A DNA stretch of 64,000 bases from Polyangiales bacterium (lineage in GTDB: Bacteria > Myxococcota_A > Polyangia > Polyangiales > Ga0077539): NCBI GenBank assembly GCA_044229975.1, contig JBGARZ010000017.1, positions 129,837-193,836 on the forward strand, given 5' to 3'. Position 1 is the first letter of the stretch; the number at the start of each line of letters is the position of its first letter. The position numbers and the translations under genes are program-made. Below are positions 1 to 8,629 of the stretch, one piece after another. The notes beneath the pieces were generated by a model. The model had not been told where the DNA came from. It was given only the letters and a program-made list of their open reading frames with translations, and did no database searches.

Positions 1-565
1 CGTCGACGCCGAGGCCCCCGTGGGCGGCCCATCCGTGGGCGGTCACACGCGGCGAGCTCGTCGTCGCGCCGCCCGCGAAGCCGGTCAGGTAGAGGTGCCC
101 GGCCCCCACGCGCAGCGCGAGCTCGACCCGTCCCAGGGGCAATCGAAACGCACCTTCGAGCGTCGTCCCCACCGTCTGGAAGGTCACGGCGGCGGTGTTG
201 CCGGGGGAGGGAGCGAGCGCCACCCCGTCGCCGCCGAAGAACGAGGCGTGGACCTGCAAGGCGAGGCTGAAGCGCAGGTCGTGCACGCCCGCGGTCAGGC
301 CGAAGCCCGGTCCCCAGCCCGTGAAGGTCGCGACGTTGGGAAACACGGTCGCAGAGCCCTGCACGGAGACCAGCGCGAGGTACGAGGCGCCCCCTTCGAC
401 CTCGACGAAAAACGGGCGCCTGGGGCGCGGGGAGGCAGTGTCCGAGACGGCGGCCGTGTGGTCTCCGAGGATGGGCTGCGACGCGGCGGTGGACGGCGCA
501 ACGAGCCCCACCAGCAGGAAGAGGCCCGTCGCGAGTCCCCGTCGCCGAACGGCGTCGATCATCAT
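1..565 (-). CDS. Secreted / outer-membrane beta-barrel-like protein (partial; runs off the left edge)
   Basis: Not in the ORF track; translated by hand: MMIDAVRRRGLATGLFLLVGLVAPSTAASQ (signal peptide-like), then amphipathic beta-strands (FVEVEGGASYL, GPGFGLTAG, LEGAFRLPLGRVELALRVGAGH). Open to position 1. Confidence 0.6.
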   Translation of the reverse strand, partial: MMIDAVRRRGLATGLFLLVGLVAPSTAASQPILGDHTAAVSDTASPRPRRPFFVEVEGGASYLALVSVQGSATVFPNVATFTGWGPGFGLTAGVHDLRFSLALQVHASFFGGDGVALAPSPGNTAAVTFQTVGTTLEGAFRLPLGRVELALRVGAGHLYLTGFAGGATTSSPRVTAHGWAAHGGLGVD

Positions 566-600
566 GGGAGGAGCATGTGCAACGCTCGTTCCCAGTGTGG

Positions 601-1035
601 TCAACGCGAGGAGGTCGCGCCGGTCGCGTCGCCGCGGGCCAGGTCGTCGGGCACGAGTGCCACCGTAATCTCGGGCGAGGACGCGACCGTGCGCTTGACC
701 TTGCAGTTGCCGACCGCGCGCAGCATCGCCGCCCTGTGGCTCTCCGGGAACCCCTGCGGCAAGCGCAGGTCGAGCACGATCCGCGTGGGGATCCCGGCGC
801 CGTCGGCGTCGTAGCGCAGCGAGAGCCCGAGGTCCTCGGTGGGCAGGTTTCGGCCCTGGCAGAAGGCGAGTGCGTAGTAGCCCGCGCACGTTGCGACGGA
901 CGCGAGGAAGAGCTCGAAGGGGCCCGGCGCGCTGCCGGCGCCGCCGACCTCGGCGGGCTGATCGGTGCGCACCGTGAAGCCGCCCACCGAGGCGTCGACT
1001 CGCTTGCCGCCGGGAAACGAAACGTCGATCTGCAT
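601..1035 (-). CDS. OsmC family protein
   Basis: TDQPxxxGGxGSAPGPFELFLASVATC and a second Cys in AVGNCKVKRT; ATG at 1035. Confidence 0.9.
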   Translation of the reverse strand: MQIDVSFPGGKRVDASVGGFTVRTDQPAEVGGAGSAPGPFELFLASVATCAGYYALAFCQGRNLPTEDLGLSLRYDADGAGIPTRIVLDLRLPQGFPESHRAAMLRAVGNCKVKRTVASSPEITVALVPDDLARGDATGATSSR

Positions 1036-1307
1036 GGCCTTGTCACCTTTCCATCGGGGCACGCGCGCAACGCGCGAGGTCGCCACTGCGACGCTTCCGA
1101 GATCGAGCAACCCGCGGGCCGCGGCGACGCTCGACGCGATCGAGGAGGAAGGGTCGCGCCGACTTGACCACCGCGTTGCTCGGGTAGGTCGAGGGGCACC
1201 CCGACCCGGCGAAGCGTGGCCGTTGCCGCCTCCACACGAGGGGCGCAGCGCGTGCACGCACCGCGAACGCCCTGCGCGGCGCGGTCGTTGCTGAAGCGGT
1301 CGCCCCG

Positions 1308-2402
1308 ATGTCCCCCAACGAGCCCGCCGGGCCTCCATCAGACGTCGTCGACCCGAGCGCTTCCACGGCCGCCGTCGCGACCCCGGACCAGCAGAAGGCG
1401 CTCGCCGTGCTGACCGCCACCCTGGCCCTGCTCGCGCTCGCGGCGGTGCACCCGCTGGTCGCGCCGCTCGTCGTGGGTGCGTGGTTCGCCGGGCTCGCGT
1501 CCCCCTGGATCACACGGCTGTCCCAGCGCTTCGGGCACCGCCGCCGCCTCGCGGGCCTTGCGACACTGGTGCTCGTCGTGGCCCTGCTCGCGCCAATCTT
1601 CCTCCTGGTGGCGCCGCTCACGTCGCTCGCGGGCGACGCCGTGGCCACCCTCAAGCGCGCGGCCTCGACCGGCACGCTCGGCCATTGGATCGGCGCCGGC
1701 CCGGGCCCGGTCGGGGCGCACGACCTCTCGCATCGCTTCTGGGGAGCAGCGCGCGACCTCGCGCCGGGCGCCACGGGCCTCGCGTCGCGGGCCCTCACGG
1801 TCGTCTCCACCGGCGTGGTCCAGGCGCTGGCGCTGGTCGCCTCGGCGTACGTGTTCTCCGCGGAGGGCGCCGAGATCCTCACGGTGGCGCGCCACGGCTC
1901 GCCCCTGGCGCCGCAGCACTTCGACCGGCTGCTGGCCGAGTCCCTGCGCGTCGCCCGCGCCCTCCTCGTGGGCGGCCTGCTTACTGCCCTCGCGCAGGGC
2001 GTCGTAGCCTTCGCGGTCTACCTCGCGCTCGGCATCGCGAACGCGGCCGGGCTCGCAGCGCTCACGGCGCTCGCGTCCGTCGTTCCCGCCGTCGGCAGCT
2101 CGCTGGTGTGGCTGCCACTCTGCGCGCTGCTGGTGGGCGTCGGCCGACACCGCGAGGCGCTCGTCCTCGCGGCGTGCGGCGTGGTCCTCATCGGTACCGT
2201 CGACAACGTGCTGCGGCCGATGCTCGCGCGCCTCGGAGCCCACGACGTCCATCCGTTGCTCCTGTTCGTCGGCGTGGTCGGTGGCATCGGCTCGCTTGGC
2301 CCCTGGGGCCTCGTGCTCGGCCCCCTCGCGCTCTCGCTCTTCGTCGGCGCCTACCGCATCCGGGCCGAGTCGGTCGCCGGACCCGGGGCGCCCACCACGT
2401 AG
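1308..2402 (+). CDS. AI-2E family transporter
   Basis: Multi-TM protein with LTALAQG, SVVPAVGSSLVWLP, IGTVDNVLRPML and GGIGSLGPWGLVLGP motifs. Confidence 0.9.
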   Translation: MSPNEPAGPPSDVVDPSASTAAVATPDQQKALAVLTATLALLALAAVHPLVAPLVVGAWFAGLASPWITRLSQRFGHRRRLAGLATLVLVVALLAPIFLLVAPLTSLAGDAVATLKRAASTGTLGHWIGAGPGPVGAHDLSHRFWGAARDLAPGATGLASRALTVVSTGVVQALALVASAYVFSAEGAEILTVARHGSPLAPQHFDRLLAESLRVARALLVGGLLTALAQGVVAFAVYLALGIANAAGLAALTALASVVPAVGSSLVWLPLCALLVGVGRHREALVLAACGVVLIGTVDNVLRPMLARLGAHDVHPLLLFVGVVGGIGSLGPWGLVLGPLALSLFVGAYRIRAESVAGPGAPTT

Positions 2403-3688
2403 TGCCGCGTGGCGCAAACCTCCCGGGCGAGCTCGGCGCGGAAGTCGGGGTGCGCGATCGAGACCAGCGCCTCAGCCCGCTCCCGGAGCGTCCGGCCGTG
2501 GAGGTTCACCGCACCGTACTCGGTGACGATCCAGTGGACGTGCCCGCGCGTCGTCACCACCCCGGCGCCGGGGCGGAGCGCCGAGACGATGCGCGAGACG
2601 GTCCCGTGCGCGGCCGTGGAGGGCAGCGCGAGGATCGGCTTGCCGCCGCGGGAGAGCGCGGCGCCGCGGATGAAGTCCATCTGGCCGCCGATGCCCGAGT
2701 AGATGCGGTGGCCGATAGAGTCGGCGCAGACCTGCCCCGTGAGGTCGACCTCCAGGGCGGAGTTGATGGCCACGACGCGGTCGTTGCGCCCGATGAGCGA
2801 GGCGTCGTTGGTGCGGTCGCAGGGGTGAAACTCCACCAGCGGGTTGTCGTCCACGAAGTCGTAGAGCGCGCGGGACCCGTGGACGAAGCTGGTGACCGTG
2901 CGGCCCGGGTGGACGGCCTTGCGCCGGTTGGTCACCACGCCGCCCTCAATCAGAGGGATCAGCCCGTCGGAGAACATCTCCGTGTGCACGCCGAGGTCGC
3001 GCTTGTCGCCCAGCCGCGCGAGCACCGCGTCGGGGATCGCGCCGATGCCCATCTGCAGCGTGGAGCCGTCCTCCACGAGCCCCGCGATGAGCTCGCCGAT
3101 GCGCCGTTCGGCCTCGGTCTCGGCGGCCGGAGCGCGCTCGGGGAGGGGGCGCGAGGTCGACACCCAAGCGTCGAAGCGCGCAAGGGGCACCGCGGTATTG
3201 CCGTGCGTGCGGGGCATGCGCTCGTTGACCTCGGCGATGACGAGGCGGGCCGAGTCGACCGCCGCGCGGGCCGCGTCGACCGAGGTCCCGAGCGAGCAGA
3301 GCCCGTGGGCGTCGGGGGCGGACACCTGCACCAGCGCGACGTCGAGCGGGACCACGCCCGACGTGAAGAGCCCGGGGACGTCGGCGAGGAACACCGGGAT
3401 GTAGTCCGCCTCTCCCTCCGCGACCGCGTCGCGCAGCCCGTCCCCGACGAACAGCGACACCGAGCGGAAGCGACCGGCGAGCGCCGGCTCCGTGAAGGGG
3501 AAGCGCCCCGTGGTGTGCAGGTGGTAGAGCCGCACGCCGTCGAGGTCGTCGCGCGCGGCCAGCGCTTCGAGGAGGCCAGTGGGCGTGGCCGCGGCGCCGT
3601 GCACGAAGACGCGGGCGCCCGAGGGGATCCGTCGCACCGCGTCGGCGGCCGATCGGCACAGGGAGCGAAAGGGAGGTTGCATGGGCAT
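2351..3688 (-). CDS. Acetyl-CoA hydrolase/transferase (4-hydroxybutyrate CoA-transferase-like)
   Basis: LQMGIGAIPDAVL, LGVHTEMFSDG, SGIGGQMDFIRGA and VTEYG motifs. Confidence 0.93.
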   Translation of the reverse strand: MPMQPPFRSLCRSAADAVRRIPSGARVFVHGAAATPTGLLEALAARDDLDGVRLYHLHTTGRFPFTEPALAGRFRSVSLFVGDGLRDAVAEGEADYIPVFLADVPGLFTSGVVPLDVALVQVSAPDAHGLCSLGTSVDAARAAVDSARLVIAEVNERMPRTHGNTAVPLARFDAWVSTSRPLPERAPAAETEAERRIGELIAGLVEDGSTLQMGIGAIPDAVLARLGDKRDLGVHTEMFSDGLIPLIEGGVVTNRRKAVHPGRTVTSFVHGSRALYDFVDDNPLVEFHPCDRTNDASLIGRNDRVVAINSALEVDLTGQVCADSIGHRIYSGIGGQMDFIRGAALSRGGKPILALPSTAAHGTVSRIVSALRPGAGVVTTRGHVHWIVTEYGAVNLHGRTLRERAEALVSIAHPDFRAELAREVCATRHYVVGAPGPATDSARMR

Positions 3689-3889
3689 CGGGAGGTAGCC
3701 ATCGCCGTGCCGATCCCATCGACGCCTGCGAATAGCGGACCCGCGAGCGCAGAAGGTGCACCCGCTGCGCAGGTGATTCGCGCGGGACGGAACGGCGAGG
3801 GCGCAACCGCACCGTCACCGTCGGCAGGAACTTGACGCGTCGGCGCGTTCTCGTTTGCGGAACGGATCGTGAATTCCGTCGGCCTCACC

Positions 3890-4594
3890 ATGACGGACGA
3901 CTCCAACGTGCCTGATGCCGCTTCGCCTCGTGCCCGGGTGTTGATGGTCGAGGACGAACCCTCCGCTCGTCGTGCGCTCGCCATGCTGTTGGCCGAGGAG
4001 GGCTACGAGGTCGAGACCGCCTCCTCCGGGGAGGAGGCCCTGGAGATGATCGGAGCTTCGCACCCCGACGTGCTGCTGACCGACGTGCGGATGCCGGGGA
4101 TGACGGGCATCGAGCTGCTCTCCCGGGCGCGCGCAGCGGACCCTTCGCTGCCGGTGGTGGTGATGACGGCCTTCGGCACGGTGCACGACGCGGTGCACGC
4201 GATGCGGGCCGGTGCGGACTACTACCTGACCAAGCCGATCGACTTCGACGAGCTCCGCCTGGTGCTCGGTCGGGTGCTGGAGCAGCGCGCCCTGCGCCGG
4301 GAGGCGAGCCAGCTCCGCGAACGGGTTCGCGTCGAGCATCCAGGTGCGCCTGGGCACCGACAGGCAGCGAGCGCTCTGCAGGTCACGGCGGCGCACCGTT
4401 CACGCCCTTCCAATCACCGACGCGTGTTTGATGCCGGAGACGTCACCGACCAAGTTGCTGCCGAAGCAGTGCCCGCAAGAGACCCTGCGCGACATCGGCA
4501 AGGCCAGCGTCGAGAGCGCCCAGGATCTGCGCGGTCCTCGCGGCGTCGAGTCCCCGAGCGTGTCCCAAATGCGTCCCATCGCCGTCCAAGATGA
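3890..4594 (+). pseudogene. NtrC/AtoC-type response regulator truncated after the receiver and linker
   Basis: Intact REC (VEDE, LTDVRMPGMTG, MTAFG, YLTKP) and linker (RALRREASQLRERV). The expected sigma54 AAA+ domain (GAFTGA) is absent, and the frame continues as non-homologous sequence toward the att site. Confidence 0.65.
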
Positions 4595-4626
4595 TTGAAA
4601 TGGTCGAGTGTTCCGCGGTCTCGACC

Positions 4627-4675
4627 GGGATTGAAAATCCCCGTGTCGGCAGTTCGACTCTGTCTCTGGGCACCA
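4627..4675 (+). tRNA. 3' half of tRNA-Phe(GAA); att-site-like fragment, not a complete tRNA
   Basis: GGGA-TTGAAAA-TCCC anticodon arm, variable loop, T-arm GGCAG-TTCGACT-CTGTC and 3' acceptor strand ending in ACCA. No D-arm or 5' acceptor strand upstream. Confidence 0.85.
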
Positions 4676-4789
4676 ATAAACAAGCTGTTTTGAGCGATCG
4701 ACGCCGGGGGGCGGATCGTCCATATGGTCCGTGGGAATCCACTCTGTCTGACACGCCGGTGACACAGCGAGATCGTCCGCGGAGGCCAT

Positions 4790-4900
4790 TGATTCTCCAG
4801 CGAAGATCACTCGGAGAGAGGCGTCCGTAGACGCGCTCGACCATGCGGGTGTCGGCGTGACCCATCACCGGAACGATGAGGTCGGTCGGAGCGGCGCCGC
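4790..4900 (-). pseudogene. C-terminal remnant of a tyrosine recombinase/integrase
   Basis: GAAPTDLIVPVMGHADTRMVERVYGRL resembles integrase box II, with the catalytic Tyr codon at 4827-4829. The upstream catalytic motifs are missing. Confidence 0.7.
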
Positions 4901-4935
4901 GCTCGCAGGCAGCACAGTCACGATCGGAGCGAGGG

Positions 4936-5154
4936 CTACCACCCGCGTGGGCCCCGCGCGATGACCCGCTTGAGCGCCGCCACGATCTGGCTTCTCTCCC
5001 GCTCGCCAACGTCGTCGGCACGAATCCTCGCGAAGACCCTTTCGCCCGCGGCCATGAATCGTTCGACTGCTTCAGGGGGGGCACGGCCTTCGGGCGGCAC
5101 GAGGCGCAGGACATCGAAGGCCTCCCGCAACTCCTTGAGTTCAGGCGTCGGCAT
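4936..5154 (-). CDS. Small hypothetical protein (72 aa)
   Basis: ATG start and a plausible helical sequence (MPTPELKELREAFDVLRL...). No recognised motif. Confidence 0.45.
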   Translation of the reverse strand: MPTPELKELREAFDVLRLVPPEGRAPPEAVERFMAAGERVFARIRADDVGERERSQIVAALKRVIARGPRGW

Positions 5155-5256
5155 GGCGCGCGATTGTAGCGCCGCCTGGAAAGCCTCCGTGCGATCTCCG
5201 GGCAGTGGAGCGGCTCTTCCGGCCGCGGGCCAACCCCAACGACCGCCCCGCGTCGG

Positions 5257-5838
5257 TCAGTGGGTGAGTCCGAGGCGAAACGCCTGAGCGGAGCCGCTGT
5301 CCGAACGGACCACCACGCAGAGGTCGCCGACGCCCTCGTTGGACGAGAAGCGGGTGGAGGTGATGCCGGCGGTGAACACTGCACACCGACGCGCGCCACC
5401 CGGACCGACCGTCGACACACCGAGATCGAAGGTCGCGTCGCCGTCGCCCACCAGCCTCATCGCGTAGTCGACGTCGTGCTCCGGGCTGAACACGAAGTAT
5501 TGCCCGACGTCGTCGGCGACGAGCGCGCCCCGCACGCACGAGCCCAGAGACCGGGCCGTCGCCATCGTGCTGGACGAGGCGTCCGCCACGGCGCAGACCT
5601 GGGTCGGCGCCGACGCCAGGCGCGTCCCGTCGACGACATCGCCCGTCGCCAGCACGCCCGTCCCGGCGGACGCCGCGAGAGGGACGTTGACCGACGATGA
5701 GGCGATCACGTTTTCGCCCAGGGGGGACAGCGTGATGCCGACCGGCACCTCCATCGTCGCACCGTCTGCTCCGCCCGCGCACCCGTTGGCCGCGACGGTC
5801 ACGATCGCCACGAAAGCCGAAATCCATGACTTCTTCAT
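5257..5838 (-). CDS. Hypothetical lipoprotein
   Basis: MKKSWISAFVAIVTVAANGC lipobox-like N-terminus; beta-rich body with several Cys. Confidence 0.6.
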   Translation of the reverse strand: MKKSWISAFVAIVTVAANGCAGGADGATMEVPVGITLSPLGENVIASSSVNVPLAASAGTGVLATGDVVDGTRLASAPTQVCAVADASSSTMATARSLGSCVRGALVADDVGQYFVFSPEHDVDYAMRLVGDGDATFDLGVSTVGPGGARRCAVFTAGITSTRFSSNEGVGDLCVVVRSDSGSAQAFRLGLTH

Positions 5839-6250
5839 GAGCTTTTCCATTCAGCAACCCAGCCAACTCTTTCGAGTCCCGTAGGCTTTGCGTCCCCCGC
5901 TCGCGCGAGGTTTGCCGTTATTGTGGAGTGAGCTCCGCCGACGGTGAGGTCGGTGCGGTGGCCCGCCTGACGAGCCCGCTGTCACCTGCGTGGGTGACGA
6001 GGGGGCGTCGTTCACTAGACTGATATCGGCAGGTCTGCGGAGACCTTGAGCGGGAAAATGGATCCCCGTCACTTCTTCGTTGATCCGATGGAGGCATGCC
6101 CGGGCGGTTGCCGTCGCGGAGGATGGCCCTATGCAGTGCCGCGGTTTTGATCCCGGCTGACCATCTCGCGGCGGTAGAGTGCGCCCCAGTGGGTGGCCTG
6201 TTGCACCGCCTTCAACCGTGAACGCAGCGACACCATCGGATGGGTTGGCC

Positions 6251-8194
6251 ATGACGACCGTGCTCGTGATCGATGACAACGATGTCGACCGCGAGCAGAT
6301 CCGCCGCCTGCTGTCCGGGCGGCACGATTTGATGGAGGCCGCGACGGCGCGGGAAGGTCTGTCCCTGATCGCGTCCGCGTCGGTGGATTGTGTGCTCCTG
6401 GACTACCGCCTGCCGGACGAGGACGGCGTGCGGGTGCTCGACCTGTTGGCGGGTCGCCTCCTCCCGATCGTGATGCTGACCTCGCAGGGGAGCGAGCAGG
6501 TCGCGGTCGAGGCGCTGAAGCACGGCGCGGTGGACTACCTCCTCAAGAGCGAGCTCACCCGCGACCGCTTGCAGAAGGTGGTGGAGGTCGCCATCGAGCA
6601 GGGTCGCCTCCGGCAGGAGCTCGACCGCAACCAGCGCGCGCTGGAGCTCGCCGTCGGCCAACTGCGCGAGCAGCGCAACGAGCTCGCGGCCGCCAACCGG
6701 GCCCTCCAGCTACGTGAGGAGCACCTGCGCTTCGTGCTCGCGCAGCTTCCGGTGCTGCACTGGACCACCGACACCACGCTCTCGATCACCCATGTGGGCG
6801 GCGCCGTCCTCGACACGATCGGAGGGAGCGCGACGGAGTATGTCGGGCAGACCGCGCGGGTCCTGCTCGGGGAGACCGAGGCGGAGGAGATGGACGCGCT
6901 CCATGCGCGAGCCCTCGCGGGCGAGGCGGGCGCGCACATCGCCGCCCGCAGCGGTCGCACGTACCAGTGTCATGTCGGGGCGTTGCGTGACGAGGGCAGC
7001 GCCATCGTCGGGACGGTGGGGCTGGCGCTCGACGTGACCGCGGCGCGCGAGACCGAGCAACAGCTCCGTCACGCGGTGAAGATGGACGCGCTCGGCCAGC
7101 TCGCGGGCGGCGTCGCGCACGACTTCAACAACCTGCTGTCGGTGATCCTGGGCTTCGCGGGGTTCATGAAGGACGCGCTGCCCGCGGAGAGCGAGCTGCG
7201 TGACGACCTCGAACAGGTCCTCGGTGCGGCGCAGCGAGCCGCGGTGCTGGTGCGGCAGCTCCTGACCTTCTCGCGGGTGTCGACCTCGGCGCCGCGCGTG
7301 GTGGTGGCCGCCGAGGTGGTCGGCGCCACCCTCCCGATGCTGCGACGCCTCGTGGGCGAGGACGTCGTGCTCACGCTCGCGGCCGCTCCGATGCCCTGGC
7401 GCGTCCGTATCGACCCGCACGCCCTGGAGCAGGTGGTGGTCAACCTCACGGTCAACGCGCGCGACGCGATGACCCGCGGCGGCCGCATCGAGATCGAGGT
7501 CCAGCACGTGAGCCTCTCGGAAGAGCTCGCCCACTCGCGCAACCACCATCTCCCGGCTGGCGACTACCTGGTGCTGTGCGTGACGGACGAGGGGGATGGC
7601 ATCCCCCGTGACGTCCTGGAGCGCGTGTTCGACCCCTTCTTCACCACGAAGGAGGTGGGCCGTGGCACCGGCCTCGGACTCAGCACCGTCTACGGCATCG
7701 CGCGGCAGAGCGGCGGAACCGTCACGGTGTATTCGGAGCTCGGGCACGGCAGCTCGTTTCGCGTGTATCTCCCGCGCGCCCTCGACGCGGAGGACGCCGT
7801 CGGCAACGCCCTGACGCCCGTCCCTTCGGGCAGCGAGACGGTGCTGCTGGTCGAGGACGAGGAGCCGGTGCGGGCGGTCGCTGCACGCGCCCTGCGTAGG
7901 CTGGGCTACACGGTGATCGAGGCGTCGGATGGGGCCTCCGCGATCGCCCTCTGCCGCGAGACGTCGACGGCGATCGACCTGGTGCTGACGGACGTCGTGA
8001 TGCCGGGGCTCGCCGGCCCGGAGGTGGCCTGCGCGCTGCTGGAGCTTCGCCCGACGCTGCGGGTGCTCTACATGTCGGGCTACACCGACCGCGCCGCGCG
8101 CGAGCGAGGAAGGCTCCCTCCCGACGCGCGGCTTATCGAGAAGCCGTTGACGCTCGACCGACTCGGACGAGCGGTGCGCGCGGCGCTCGGCTGA
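6251..8194 (+). CDS. Hybrid sensor histidine kinase (REC-PAS-HisKA-HATPase-REC)
   Basis: N-terminal REC (IDDN, LLDYRLPD), AHDFNNLL H-box, NLTVNARDAM, FFTTKEVGRGTGLGL and a C-terminal REC (LTDVVMPG). Confidence 0.93.
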   Translation: MTTVLVIDDNDVDREQIRRLLSGRHDLMEAATAREGLSLIASASVDCVLLDYRLPDEDGVRVLDLLAGRLLPIVMLTSQGSEQVAVEALKHGAVDYLLKSELTRDRLQKVVEVAIEQGRLRQELDRNQRALELAVGQLREQRNELAAANRALQLREEHLRFVLAQLPVLHWTTDTTLSITHVGGAVLDTIGGSATEYVGQTARVLLGETEAEEMDALHARALAGEAGAHIAARSGRTYQCHVGALRDEGSAIVGTVGLALDVTAARETEQQLRHAVKMDALGQLAGGVAHDFNNLLSVILGFAGFMKDALPAESELRDDLEQVLGAAQRAAVLVRQLLTFSRVSTSAPRVVVAAEVVGATLPMLRRLVGEDVVLTLAAAPMPWRVRIDPHALEQVVVNLTVNARDAMTRGGRIEIEVQHVSLSEELAHSRNHHLPAGDYLVLCVTDEGDGIPRDVLERVFDPFFTTKEVGRGTGLGLSTVYGIARQSGGTVTVYSELGHGSSFRVYLPRALDAEDAVGNALTPVPSGSETVLLVEDEEPVRAVAARALRRLGYTVIEASDGASAIALCRETSTAIDLVLTDVVMPGLAGPEVACALLELRPTLRVLYMSGYTDRAARERGRLPPDARLIEKPLTLDRLGRAVRAALG

Positions 8195-8203
8195 GGGCGC
8201 CTC

Positions 8204-8629
8204 TCAGGGAAACTCCACGATGCGCCAGTAGTGATCGAGGAGCCCGATGAGCCGCATGAAGCCGGTGCCGACGTCGCTCTTCACGATGTAGCCCGCGACG
8301 TTGAAGTCGTACGAGGCCACACGATCCTCGTCGCTGCGAGACGTGGTCAGCACGAAGACCACGCTGTCCTTCAGCTCAGGGTCGGCGCGGAGCTCGGCGA
8401 GAAACTCCAGGCCGTTCATGCGGGGCATGTTGAGGTCGAGGAGGATGAGGTACGGCCGCGCGATCGCCTCCGCTCCATCGCCTCGCAGGAGGGCCAGCGC
8501 CTCGATGCCGTCGATGGCCGTGGTGATGGGGTTGCTGATGCGCTCGCGCTTGAAGGCGCGGCGGACGGCCTCGTGCTCGATGACGTTGTCCTCCACCAGC
8601 AGGACGCTCACGGTTCGACCTGGCATCAC
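8204..8629 (-). CDS. Single-domain response regulator (Rcp1-like)
   Basis: LLVEDN, ILLDLNMPRMNG, VLTTS, AGYIVK and the C-terminal YW typical of Rcp1-type receivers. Confidence 0.92.
   Translation of the reverse strand: MMPGRTVSVLLVEDNVIEHEAVRRAFKRERISNPITTAIDGIEALALLRGDGAEAIARPYLILLDLNMPRMNGLEFLAELRADPELKDSVVFVLTTSRSDEDRVASYDFNVAGYIVKSDVGTGFMRLIGLLDHYWRIVEFP

Noticed and set aside
4590..4675. Complete tRNA-Phe gene
   Set aside because: No 5' acceptor strand or D-arm; only the 3' 49 nt match.
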